From Actinomycetes bacterium (GTDB lineage Bacteria > Actinomycetota > Acidimicrobiia > Acidimicrobiales > Ilumatobacteraceae), in NCBI GenBank assembly GCA_023417265.1, contig JAEZFY010000344.1, positions 12,367 through 76,366 of the forward strand: a DNA stretch of 64,000 bases, given 5' to 3'. Under the pieces are notes generated by a model. That model was not told the DNA's origin. It saw only the letters and a list, made by a program, of their open reading frames with translations, and did no database searches. The first letter of the stretch is position 1, and every line of letters starts with the position of its first letter. The position numbers and the translations under genes were made by a program. This document shows, piece after piece, positions 47,448 through 56,892 of this stretch.

Positions 47448-48695
47448 TCACCGCTCCTTGAGGGTTCGCAGCATTTCGCTGAACGGCATCTCTCGACTCG
47501 GATCGGGTTCGCGCGGGAGCCCGAGCAGGCGCTCGCTGATGATGTTGCGTTGCATCTCACTGCTGCCACCGGCGATCGTGATGCCGCGCGACTCGAGCCA
47601 GACGGTGCCCGGGTTGTCGGTCTCGATCTCGTCGCCATCCCACATGACGCCAGATGCGCCCGCCGCGATCAGCGCCGTGCGCACCGAGCGGTGCGAGTAG
47701 TTCGACGACTGGAGCTTGGAGAGTGAACCCCACTGACCCTTGTGCGTACCGACCTGCATGCCGCGCATCATGCGGGCACTCGTCAACGGCACGACCACCG
47801 ACTCGATGAACGATTCGGCGATGGCCGACGAGCACGCTGCGCCGACACCTCGACTCGCCGCGGTTCGAGCGATCATCTCCGGGCTCTGCGGGGTGAAGCT
47901 GGTCGGGCGGTACTTCCGGCGGTCCGCCAGATACCCGTATCCGATGTTGCCGGTGGCGTTGCGCTCGTGGAACAGCAACCGTTGGGCGACCGCCCAGCCG
48001 TGGTTCAGCTCACCGATCAGGTTCTCGGCCGGCAGGGAGACATCGTCGAAGAACTCCTCGCAGTACTCCTTGAGCTCGCCGCCAGCGCCGCGGATGCGGT
48101 TGATCGTCAGGCCGGGGGTGCCCTGGAGCGGCACGGCGATCATGCTCAAGCCGCGGTGCTTCGGGACGTCCCAGTCGGATCGGCACAGGGCAAGCCCGAA
48201 ATCGGCGTTGTGTGCCTCGCTGCTCCACATCTTCGTGCCGTTGAGCACGAACGTGTCGCCGTCCCGCGTGAGGCGTGTGATCGAACCGGCCATGTCGGAG
48301 CCACCCCGGGGCTCCGAGAGCAGCTGCATCCACAGCTCGTCGCCACGGAGCAGCGGAGGTAGGAACCGGGCTTTGGCCGCGGGGGATCCACAATCGAGGA
48401 TCGTCGGACCGAGCATGCCGATCGACACCATCAAGGTGGTGGGAACCTGGCGGTCGAGCTCGGATGCGACGTCGTAGAAAGCCTTGTGGTGGTCGAGCGT
48501 GAGTCCCGCTCCGCCGTACTCGGACGGGAAGGCCAGCCCTGCGAAGCCCGCATCGAAGATGATGCGCTGCAGGTCGCGGTCGCTGAGGCTCGTGTCGCCC
48601 GCCGGAGGGAGGTGGTCCACCATCCAGGCTCGGACCCTTGCGCGGAACTCCTCGAGGGCTTCCTTGGATGCCGTCTGCATCGCGGTGTCGCTCAC
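47448..48695 (-). CDS. Acyl-CoA dehydrogenase (catalytic-type subunit of a heteromeric pair)
   Basis: QLLSEPRGGSD, NGTKMWSS, PKHRGLS, LFHER, TIAGGSSEMQRNII. Confidence 0.9.
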   Translation of the reverse strand: MSDTAMQTASKEALEEFRARVRAWMVDHLPPAGDTSLSDRDLQRIIFDAGFAGLAFPSEYGGAGLTLDHHKAFYDVASELDRQVPTTLMVSIGMLGPTILDCGSPAAKARFLPPLLRGDELWMQLLSEPRGGSDMAGSITRLTRDGDTFVLNGTKMWSSEAHNADFGLALCRSDWDVPKHRGLSMIAVPLQGTPGLTINRIRGAGGELKEYCEEFFDDVSLPAENLIGELNHGWAVAQRLLFHERNATGNIGYGYLADRRKYRPTSFTPQSPEMIARTAASRGVGAACSSAIAESFIESVVVPLTSARMMRGMQVGTHKGQWGSLSKLQSSNYSHRSVRTALIAAGASGVMWDGDEIETDNPGTVWLESRGITIAGGSSEMQRNIISERLLGLPREPDPSREMPFSEMLRTLKER

Positions 48696-49822
48696 GTCTG
48701 CGCTCCTTCCAGATGACGCATGATTCGGTGCTTGTGCTCCTCGGGCGAGCCGTAGACCGCGCGGTCGACGACGGCCCGACGGCTGTACAGGTGGATATCG
48801 TGCTCCCACGTCACGCCGATGCCGCCAGTGATCTGCACACAGTCGTCCACGATGTCGGTGCAGTGCTCGGCGACGTACGCCTTGGCGACACTTGCCAGCA
48901 CGTCGCAGTCGGGCTCGTCCGAGTCGATCGCCGCGGCGAGCTGCAAGGTCACGGCTTTTGATCCCTCGAGCTTGACGGTCATCTCGGCGATCCGGTGCTT
49001 GAGCGCCTGGAACGACACGATCGGCCGGCCGAAGGCGAACCGGTCGGCGCCGTATTCCAGCGTCACCTGCAGGGTGCGATCGGCAACTCCGATCAACTGG
49101 GCGCATTGCAGCGCGACCGCGATCTGCAGCAGCCGATCGACAGCGATGGACGCTTCGCCGGGCACGCCGATCAACGCGTCGGCACCGACCCGAACACCGG
49201 CCAGGTCCACCCTGCCGAAGCGCCGTGTGAAGTCGACGCTGCGCCCGCGCGTCACCGTAACCCCGGAGGCTTCCGCCGGGACGAGAACGAGCGTGCAACC
49301 GTCGCCGGTGCGTGCCGTCACGAGGAAGTGGCTCGCCGATCCCGCCGCTTCGACGTACGCCTTGGCGCCGTCGAGCACGACGTCATCATCCTCGAGTCGA
49401 GCAGTGGTAGTCGTCGAATCCACGTCCCAGAGTCCGGTTGACTCACTGTGCGCCCACGCCGCGACCGTCGTCCCACTGAGGATCTCCGCAATCAGTGACG
49501 CATGGGCATCTCCGGCCATCGCCAGAGCGGCGGCGACGAGGTTGGTCGGGATGAACGGCCCGGGCGCCACGCTGCGACCGATCAGTTCGGCGACGATCAA
49601 CGCGTCGGTGACCGGTTGTCCCGAGAGGCTTCCGCCCCCAAGCGACTCAGGGACCAACAACGACGTCCATCCGAGCTCCGCGGCCGTCCGCCACCAATCA
49701 CGGTCGAAACCGTCGATCGAACCGTACAGATCGCGGACTCGAGTGAGGGGGGTTTCCGTTGCGATGAAGCGTGCCGTCGTCTCCTTGAAGGACTCCTGCT
49801 CGTCGGTGAGCTCCAAGTGCAT
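48692..49822 (-). CDS. Acyl-CoA dehydrogenase (partner subunit)
   Basis: RFAFGRPIVSFQALKHR, QITGGIGVTWEHDIHLY; coupled to the next gene by GTGA. Confidence 0.9.
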   Translation of the reverse strand: MHLELTDEQESFKETTARFIATETPLTRVRDLYGSIDGFDRDWWRTAAELGWTSLLVPESLGGGSLSGQPVTDALIVAELIGRSVAPGPFIPTNLVAAALAMAGDAHASLIAEILSGTTVAAWAHSESTGLWDVDSTTTTARLEDDDVVLDGAKAYVEAAGSASHFLVTARTGDGCTLVLVPAEASGVTVTRGRSVDFTRRFGRVDLAGVRVGADALIGVPGEASIAVDRLLQIAVALQCAQLIGVADRTLQVTLEYGADRFAFGRPIVSFQALKHRIAEMTVKLEGSKAVTLQLAAAIDSDEPDCDVLASVAKAYVAEHCTDIVDDCVQITGGIGVTWEHDIHLYSRRAVVDRAVYGSPEEHKHRIMRHLEGAQT

Positions 49823-49994
49823 TGTTTCCTCCTGTTCTTGGGCGAACGTACTGGTGGAGGATCGAGGCAGCACTTGGTCGCGTCGGATGCGCCGCCGCGG
49901 CCAACTGCACCCGAGATCGCCCGGGTCGGAGCTCCGTTAGCGTCCGCTCGACCGGTCGTCGCGTGACGGCCGAGGCCGACGCAAGGAGCTCCAC

Positions 49995-50849
49995 ATGCGC
50001 ATCGGGGTCAACCTCCCGTACCACGCCTTGTCCGATGACACCGACCTGTATGCCGAGTACGCGACGCGTGCGGAGGCCCTGGGCTTCACACACCTGGTCG
50101 CACTTGATCATGTAATGGGTCCGGTCCACGCGGACCGTGACCCTCCGCTCGAAGGCCCGTACACCGAGCAGACGTTGTTCCGGGAGCCGTTCGTGTTGCT
50201 GGCATGGCTCGGTGCGCTCACGACCTCGCTCGAGCTCACGACAGGTGTGATCGTGCTGCCGCAACGCCAGACGGTACTAGCGGCCAAACAGGCCGCCGAG
50301 TTGCAGATGTTGACGAAGGGGCGCCTCAGGTTGGGCGTCGGGTCGGGATGGAACTACGTCGAGTACGAGAGCCTCGATGTGCCCTACCGTGGCCGCGGCG
50401 CTCGGCTCAACGAGCAGATCGATGTGCTCCGGCAGCTGTGGACGGGTGATGTGCTCGATCTGCGCGGGCAGTTCCACCGAATTGACCGGGCTTCGATGAT
50501 TCCAGCTCCGCCGGACATCCCTATCTGGTTCGGGGGGTTCAGTCGCGCGCAGCAGGATCGATGCGCAGCGAAGGGCGATGGCTTCCTCTTCACGAAGTTC
50601 TCGAGCCTGAGCGTGTCGGCGATCGGCACCATCCGTCAGGGCGCCGCAGAGCGCGGTCGCGATCCAGACCGACTCGGTTTCGAGGCTGGGTTCGCCACAG
50701 GGAACGACTTGCCGAGCGACATCGACCGTTGGGCCGCGGCCGGTGGCACGCACGCCTACGTGCGCGTCGAAGGCGTCGGCGCCGAAGCGCTTGCCGAGCT
50801 CGAGCGGCTCGCCGCTCAGCTTGGATCGCGTCTTACCGGATCGACCTGA
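49995..50849 (+). CDS. LLM class, probably F420-dependent oxidoreductase
   Basis: LDHV, EPFVLLAWL, VIVLPQRQTVLAAKQAA, GVGSGWNYVEYE. Confidence 0.85.
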   Translation: MRIGVNLPYHALSDDTDLYAEYATRAEALGFTHLVALDHVMGPVHADRDPPLEGPYTEQTLFREPFVLLAWLGALTTSLELTTGVIVLPQRQTVLAAKQAAELQMLTKGRLRLGVGSGWNYVEYESLDVPYRGRGARLNEQIDVLRQLWTGDVLDLRGQFHRIDRASMIPAPPDIPIWFGGFSRAQQDRCAAKGDGFLFTKFSSLSVSAIGTIRQGAAERGRDPDRLGFEAGFATGNDLPSDIDRWAAAGGTHAYVRVEGVGAEALAELERLAAQLGSRLTGST

Positions 50850-51496
50850 CCTTGCTGTGCGGCGAGGTCAGCTCGCAGCCCGTCGATGATGAGGTCGATG
50901 CCGAACATGAAGTACTCGGTAGTGCGTGGGCCTCGTCCTTCTGCTTGGTCGGGCGGTGTCGGCTTGGTGCGGCGGCCCGACCGGATCGCATCGAGGATGG
51001 CGACACGACCGAACATGAAGCTGTTCAGGCAATCGATGGCGAGCAGCGCCCGATCTCGGCTGAAGCCGGCTTCCGCGAGCAGTTCGATCTGCTCCTGGAC
51101 CAGTTGGGTCGCTCCACTCGTTTCGATGCGCTCCGGACGCGGCGCGACCACGCCATGTGTGCGGACAGCTCGCGCGGCATGGGCGGTGTAGTAGGCACGC
51201 AGCCGGGCGTGCCAGGGGCCGGTCTCCGGTCCGGGGATCGGGATGCTGCGTCGATACTCGTCTTGCACGAGCTCGAGCAGCTCGGTCTTGTCGTGCACCC
51301 AGTGGTAGATCGCCATCGGGCTGACGCCGAGCCGTTGCGCTACGGCACGCATGGTGACGCCCGACAGGCCGTCGGTCTGAGCGAGGTCGAGCGCCGCGTC
51401 GATGACCCGACGGCGGTCGAGGCCGCGCCGAGCCGCATCCTCGTCACGATCGGCCGGGTGCGCCGCGTTCGACGCGGATCCCGACCTTGGCTGCAC
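50816..51496 (-). CDS. TetR family regulator with TetR_C-type domain
   Basis: GLDRRRVIDAA, TMRAVAQRLGVSPMAIYHWV, FMFGIDLIIDGL; start uncertain. Confidence 0.88.
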   Translation of the reverse strand: MQPRSGSASNAAHPADRDEDAARRGLDRRRVIDAALDLAQTDGLSGVTMRAVAQRLGVSPMAIYHWVHDKTELLELVQDEYRRSIPIPGPETGPWHARLRAYYTAHAARAVRTHGVVAPRPERIETSGATQLVQEQIELLAEAGFSRDRALLAIDCLNSFMFGRVAILDAIRSGRRTKPTPPDQAEGRGPRTTEYFMFGIDLIIDGLRADLAAQQGQVDPVRRDPS

Positions 51497-51649
51497 ACGC
51501 CGAGAATACGCCGAGCCGGGCGAGAACGGGCGACGTCCCTGGAGGGCGAGGACCAAGGTGCCCAACTGACGGCCCTCAGTCGGCCTGCGATGCTGGGCAA
51601 CGGCGCCGGGTTCGGTGCCGCAGACCGGACGCTAGGAACGGAGTACGAC

Positions 51650-52396
51650 ATGAATCAGATCTCGCTGGACGGCAAGGTGATCCTGGTCACGGGGGCAGCT
51701 CGGTCGATCGGTGCAGGGATGGCAGAGGAGTTCGCCTCCGCGGGTGCGACGGTGATCCGGACGGACGTCGACGACAGCGCCGACGGGGTGCAGCGCCTGG
51801 ACGTCACCCGGGAAGAGGATTGGAAGGCGGTCGTCGACGAGGTCGTGGCCGAGCATGGCCGACTCGACGGGCTCGTCAACAATGCCGCCCTGGTGTTCCG
51901 CTGCGCGCCGATGTGGGAGGAGCCCCTCGAGGAGTTCGAGGCGATGCTGGCCGTCAACGTCAAAGGTGTGTGGCTCGGACTGCAGACCGCTTCGAAGGCG
52001 ATGGCGTCCACAGGAGGCGGCTCGATCGTCAACCTCTCGTCAACCTCCGGAGTCATGGCGGCTCGCCTGTTTTCGGGCTACGGCGTCACCCGCTGGGCGG
52101 TGCGCGGCATGAGCAAGCACGCGGCGCACGGCCTGGCCGAGCACTCGATCCGGGTGAACTCCGTGCACCCCCACGGCATCGCCGGATCGGGCATGGTCGA
52201 GAAGTTCTTGCCCACCGACCCCGACGAGCAACGTGCAGTTCGTGAGGCGGCCGCAACCCGAAATCCACTTGGACGCCAGGGATCGATCGCCGACGTGTCG
52301 TCGATGGTCGCGTATCTGCTCTCCGACCTGAGCACCTGGATCACCGGACGCGAGTTCGTCGTCGATGGCGGTGCAACCCTCACTGCGGCTCAGTAG
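51650..52396 (+). CDS. SDR with YxxxR active site, copy 2
   Basis: TGAARSIG, YGVTRWAVRG, HPHGIA; paralog of 16234-16983. Confidence 0.9.
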   Translation: MNQISLDGKVILVTGAARSIGAGMAEEFASAGATVIRTDVDDSADGVQRLDVTREEDWKAVVDEVVAEHGRLDGLVNNAALVFRCAPMWEEPLEEFEAMLAVNVKGVWLGLQTASKAMASTGGGSIVNLSSTSGVMAARLFSGYGVTRWAVRGMSKHAAHGLAEHSIRVNSVHPHGIAGSGMVEKFLPTDPDEQRAVREAAATRNPLGRQGSIADVSSMVAYLLSDLSTWITGREFVVDGGATLTAAQ

Positions 52397-52426
52397 CCGG
52401 GCCCGTCGCCGGTTGCTCGATATCGC

Positions 52427-53281
52427 TCAGTCGAGCAGATCGACGACGGTGGGCCCGCGGGTCCGGCCGAAGAAGAACGCGAAGGCCCCGGTGAGGTGCT
52501 GGCGCCAGAACTCCTCGGCGCCGACCTCGTCGCCGGCATGCACCAGTTGGACGAGCCGCTGGTGACCCTTGATTGCCCGATCGATCTGCACGCGATGGTC
52601 GTCGGCGCTGGTGGCTGCCGCTGCGTGGGCGTGGGCGCGGCTGATCTCCATCAACATGTCGTTGAGCACGCGCAGCGCCCGATGGCCCGATTCGTGCACC
52701 AGCGCATGGTGGAAGCTCTCGGATGCCAGGCGGTGTGCGACCACGTCATAGCCGGCGGCGAGCTCAGCTGCGATGGCGACCCCGAGCGGCTCCGCCGCGG
52801 CCTGGCCCCGACGGGCGGCATACCGTGCAGCGACCGGTTCGAGCGCGACTCGGCATTCGTAGACCTCGGCCATGGTCGTGCCTTCGAGCTGGAGCAGGAG
52901 CGAGACGTGCCGTGCAGCGACGTGGGGGAGTGGTCGGCGCACCACGGCACCGCCCTTCACCCCCCGTCTGATCTCGACGAGGCTCTCCGACTCCAAGATC
53001 CGCAGGGCCTCGCGCAAGGTAGGGCGCGATACGCCGAAGTGCGTCATCATGTCCTGCTCGCTCGGTAACGGATCGTCGGGTTGGAGGTGCCCTTGGACGA
53101 TCTGGCGGCGGATGGATAGGGCGATCCGCTCGGCGGCCTTTGGGACCCGAAACATCCCTTCGTCCGCGTTCAGGCGCCGGCGGGCGGGCGGATCGGGGGA
53201 ATCTTGCAGCATGAGCGGAGTGGCGAAGTCGACCGCCGGGCAGCCTATGTCCCATCGGCTCGCCACTCCGCTCATCGTCAT
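52427..53281 (-). CDS. GntR/FadR family regulator
   Basis: LPSEQDMMTHFGVSRPTLREALRILE, FCD-domain FHHAL; true start is probably downstream of 53281. Confidence 0.88.
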   Translation of the reverse strand: MTMSGVASRWDIGCPAVDFATPLMLQDSPDPPARRRLNADEGMFRVPKAAERIALSIRRQIVQGHLQPDDPLPSEQDMMTHFGVSRPTLREALRILESESLVEIRRGVKGGAVVRRPLPHVAARHVSLLLQLEGTTMAEVYECRVALEPVAARYAARRGQAAAEPLGVAIAAELAAGYDVVAHRLASESFHHALVHESGHRALRVLNDMLMEISRAHAHAAAATSADDHRVQIDRAIKGHQRLVQLVHAGDEVGAEEFWRQHLTGAFAFFFGRTRGPTVVDLLD

Positions 53282-53304
53282 GATGATCGACGTCGACGGG
53301 GTGG

Positions 53305-53313
53305 CAGTTGGAC
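53305..53313. promoter_or_regulatory. Recurrent motif CAGTTGGAC
   Basis: Exact copy between the divergent FadR and CapA-like genes, followed by AT-rich AAACAG repeats. Confidence 0.55.
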
Positions 53314-53407
53314 AGCTGCTTGAAACAGCTAAACAGTTACAGATTCACTTGGGGACCGTGGTGACCGCGCCCAACCCTCATCGTTCGTCCAGCGCGGGGC
53401 GCCCGTC

Positions 53408-54808
53408 GTGAAGCTCGGTTTGGCCGGCGACTGCATCTTGCAGCACCCGTGCACGACGCGCGGCGACGCCGGTCTTGGCGCGGTCGTCGACCTGTTGCGC
53501 ACCACCGATGCTGCGATCTGCAACTTCGAGGGCGTCATCCCGGCGCCGGATGACTGGCCCGCCTTCGTCGCCGGCCAGGGCGGCTTCGGCTCGCCGTATC
53601 TCGCAGCGCCGCGCGACGCCGTCGCCGAGGTACGAGCCCTGGGCTTCAGCGCAGTGTCGCTCGCCAACAACCATGCGTCCGATTTCGGCGAGCGCGGGGT
53701 GCTGTCCACGTGCGCCGCGTTCGACCAGGGGGGCGTCGCGCATGCAGGGACCGGACGCAACCTCACCGAGGCGACCGCCGCAGCGTACGTGCCCGTGACG
53801 GGCGGCCGGATCGCCCTGTTGGCAGCGTCCGACAACGGTGCGCGCTCACGAGGAGAAATCCCGTTCCCGACGCCGCGAGGCTGCCTGGCCGCCGATCAGG
53901 GTCCGTGGTTCGCCGATCGCCCGGGCGTCAACATGGTGCGCTACGAACCGCTGTTCGACGTGCCGGCGGACACCGTTGACACACTCCGGCGGGTGAGTGA
54001 CGGTCTCGGGTGGGAGTTCGAGAAGCAGCTCCGGCGGCTGGGCGGAGGCACCCTCAACCCGTCCGTCGGCACCGCGCTCGGAGACCTGCGAGCCGACACC
54101 GATGACGTGTTCCACTTCCACGGGTCGAAGTTCCGCGCGGCGGACGGGTTCGGCGTCACGACGCTCCTGAGCGACACCGACGCCCAGCGCAACTACCGCT
54201 GGATCGACGATGCCCGCCGCAATGCCGATCTCGTGGTCATGTCGTTCCACCAGCAGGGCGTGGCACCGACCGAAGATCAGCCGCCTGCTCACACCGTCGA
54301 GTTCGCCCATGGTGCGATCGATGCCGGGGCAGACATCTTCGTGGCTCACGGCAGTAGCCGCTTCGGCGGCATCGAGATCTATCGGGGGAAACCGATCTTC
54401 TACGGACTCCCGGGCTTTATCAGCCAGCTCATGCAGCGCACCCGAGTTCCGGCAGAACAGGTCGCCCGGCTTGGTCTCGGATCAGACGCCACTCCGTCGG
54501 ACGTGCTCGACGTCACGCTGGCGGCGTTCCGGGCCGGGCTGATGCCAGCCGAGTACGGCTCGGGCAATCCCTCGGGAGGGCTGCCGCTGTACGTGCTCGA
54601 CATCGATCCGAGGAGCAAGGCATGGAGCGTGCGGATGTACCCCATGAAGAGCGCCAAACCCGCACGACTCGGCGGATTCCCCCGGCTGCTGCCCGCCGAC
54701 GACCCGACGTTCCGACGCGTCGTCGACCTGCTCGTTGAACGTTCCGCCTGGTACGGCACCGCCGTCGAGATCGCCGACGACCACGCGGTCGTCCGCCACG
54801 ACCCATGA
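53408..54808 (+). CDS. CapA/PGA_cap family metallophosphoesterase-like protein
   Basis: AGD, NFEG, SLANNHASDFG, HAGTG, SFH, IDAGAD, GIEIYRGKPIFYGL. Confidence 0.82.
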   Translation: MKLGLAGDCILQHPCTTRGDAGLGAVVDLLRTTDAAICNFEGVIPAPDDWPAFVAGQGGFGSPYLAAPRDAVAEVRALGFSAVSLANNHASDFGERGVLSTCAAFDQGGVAHAGTGRNLTEATAAAYVPVTGGRIALLAASDNGARSRGEIPFPTPRGCLAADQGPWFADRPGVNMVRYEPLFDVPADTVDTLRRVSDGLGWEFEKQLRRLGGGTLNPSVGTALGDLRADTDDVFHFHGSKFRAADGFGVTTLLSDTDAQRNYRWIDDARRNADLVVMSFHQQGVAPTEDQPPAHTVEFAHGAIDAGADIFVAHGSSRFGGIEIYRGKPIFYGLPGFISQLMQRTRVPAEQVARLGLGSDATPSDVLDVTLAAFRAGLMPAEYGSGNPSGGLPLYVLDIDPRSKAWSVRMYPMKSAKPARLGGFPRLLPADDPTFRRVVDLLVERSAWYGTAVEIADDHAVVRHDP

Positions 54809-54857
54809 CGCCCGTCAGCTCCGGCGGTTGTCTTCCAACCCACAAGGGAGCCGCCCG

Positions 54858-56036
54858 ATGACGAACGACTTCGCGTACCGCCTGTTCAGCGTGGACGACC
54901 ATCTGATCGAACCACCCGGCGTGTTCGTCGATCGGGTTCCGGAACGGATGCGCGAGGCGGCTCCGCACGTTGAAGAAGCCGAAGGGCGCCAGTTCTGGGT
55001 CTGGGAAGGCCGCCGCCAAGAGGTGTTCGCACTCGCCGCCGCAGTGGGTCGACCGCGGTCGGAGTGGGGGCTCGACCCGGTGCGCTACGCCGACATGATC
55101 CGTGGCGCCTGGGACCCAGCCGCGCGTGCAGTCGACCTGATGTCGCAGGGCATCGTCGCAAGCGTCTGCTTCCCCAGCCTGGCCGGCTTCACCGGCCGGC
55201 GGTTCCTGCGGTTCCAGGACCGCGAACTCGCCGATGCCTGCATCGAGGCCTACAACGACTGGATGCTCGACGAGTGGTGCGCCGGAGGCCCCGAGGGGTT
55301 GTACGTGCCGATGATCATCCCCAAGATCTGGGACGCGGAGGAGACCGCACGCGAGATCTACCGGTGCGCAGAACGCGGCAACCGGGCGATCACCCTTCCC
55401 GAGAACACCGTGCCGCTCAAGCTGCCGTCGTACTGGGACGAGCACTGGGATCCGATGTGGCGGGCACTCGAGGAGACGTCGACCACCGTGTGCCTCCACT
55501 TCGGTACCAGCGGACGCATCCACATCCCGACCCCCGACGTCGTTCCGACGCTGGGGTACACGCTGAACCCGGTCAACTCCCAAATGTCATGTCTCAACCT
55601 CGTGATGAGTCCGGTACCGCAAAAATTCCCGGGCCTCAACTTCGTGATGTCGGAGGGCGGCATCGGCTGGGTGGCGTACTTGCTCGAACGAGCCGACCAC
55701 GTCGTGGATCGCCATCGCGAATGGGTGGGACATCCTGAGAACTTCAAGCCATCGGAAATCTTCGCGCGGCAGTTCTACGTGTGCGTCGTCGACGAGAAGG
55801 TCGGTATGACCCAGGTCGACCTCGTGGGCGCCGACCGGATCATGTGGGAGTGCGACTATCCGCACCCCGATTCGGTGTACCCGGATTGTCAGCAGGTGGT
55901 CCACGAGAACTTCGAAGGCGCCGGCATCGAGCAGTCGAAGCGCGAGATGATCACGTACGGCAACGCCGCACGAGTGTTCAACTGGACAGGCGTCGACTGG
56001 GACCAGCCGGCAGTGACCGCGGCTGCCGCGAGCTGA
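54858..56036 (+). CDS. Amidohydrolase_2 family protein
   Basis: SVDDHLIEPP, YNDWMLDEWC, SEGGIGW, WECDYPHPDS. Confidence 0.9.
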   Translation: MTNDFAYRLFSVDDHLIEPPGVFVDRVPERMREAAPHVEEAEGRQFWVWEGRRQEVFALAAAVGRPRSEWGLDPVRYADMIRGAWDPAARAVDLMSQGIVASVCFPSLAGFTGRRFLRFQDRELADACIEAYNDWMLDEWCAGGPEGLYVPMIIPKIWDAEETAREIYRCAERGNRAITLPENTVPLKLPSYWDEHWDPMWRALEETSTTVCLHFGTSGRIHIPTPDVVPTLGYTLNPVNSQMSCLNLVMSPVPQKFPGLNFVMSEGGIGWVAYLLERADHVVDRHREWVGHPENFKPSEIFARQFYVCVVDEKVGMTQVDLVGADRIMWECDYPHPDSVYPDCQQVVHENFEGAGIEQSKREMITYGNAARVFNWTGVDWDQPAVTAAAAS

Positions 56037-56064
56037 CCGACGGTCTCGACGAGCGGACTTCGCG

Positions 56065-56892
56065 GTGATCGGATCCGAAGACCTCCAGACGGTGGCGTAC
56101 GAGCGCGACGGCCATGTCGCGCTGGTACGCCTCGACCGACCCGACCGCCTCAACGCGATCGACGCGCAGATGCAGTTCGAGCTCGAGCGGGTGTGGCGCG
56201 ACTTCGACGCCGATCCCGAACTCCGCGTGGCGTTGCTCACCGGCACTGGCGACCGGGCGTTCTGTTCCGGCGCCGACGTCGGTGGCGGCGACAGGCCGCT
56301 CGGCCGAGCTGTCGGTCACTCGACGGGTGCCGCCGCGCTCGGCAGGTACACCCCGCTGAGGATCCCGACCTGGAAGCCGATCGTGCTCGCCGTCAACGGC
56401 ATGTGTGCAGGCTCGGGGCTTCACTTCGTACACGATGCCGACGTCATCGTCGCGTCCGAGGGGGCAACGTTCTTCGACACCCACCTCGCGCTCGGCCTGG
56501 TGGCCGCCGGTGAGCCGATCGGGTTGTCTCGGCGCATGCCGATCGGCGAGGTGATGGCGATGATGCTGCTCGGCAAGGAGTACCGGCTTACAGCCACTCG
56601 TGCCCACGCGATCGGCATGGTGCACGAGGTGGTGGCTTCTGAACAGCTCTCAGCGCGCTCACTCGAGCTGGCTCGGATCATCGCGCGCCAGGCGCCCGAG
56701 GCGACGCAGCTCACCAAGAAGGCGATCTACACCGGGCTCGATCACGGGCTCGCCACGGCCAACGAGATCGGCGCATTCCTGCTCCAGAGCCACGCGCGAT
56801 CCGAGGAGGCGGCTGAAGGTTTGGCGGCGTTCCGCGAACGTCGGGCGCCGCGATGGAACTCGGCAACCGACTCTGAGGGGGACAGAACATGA
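56065..56892 (+). CDS. Enoyl-CoA hydratase/isomerase family protein
   Basis: DRPDRLNA, AFCSGAD, KPIVLAVNGMCAG; lacks the usual catalytic Glu pair (HFV.., DTH). Confidence 0.88.
   Translation: MIGSEDLQTVAYERDGHVALVRLDRPDRLNAIDAQMQFELERVWRDFDADPELRVALLTGTGDRAFCSGADVGGGDRPLGRAVGHSTGAAALGRYTPLRIPTWKPIVLAVNGMCAGSGLHFVHDADVIVASEGATFFDTHLALGLVAAGEPIGLSRRMPIGEVMAMMLLGKEYRLTATRAHAIGMVHEVVASEQLSARSLELARIIARQAPEATQLTKKAIYTGLDHGLATANEIGAFLLQSHARSEEAAEGLAAFRERRAPRWNSATDSEGDRT

Noticed and set aside
52544..52552. Exact CAGTTGGAC copy inside the FadR gene (near-matches also at about 13574 and 38143)
   Set aside because: Coding context; compatible with chance, so not counted as a site
4582..53313. Full canonical StrR palindromes (half-N11-half)
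   Set aside because: Checked by eye around each exact copy; no convincing partner half at that spacing
53408..54808. Poly-gamma-glutamate capsule locus
   Set aside because: No capB, capC or capD in the window and no export signal on the protein
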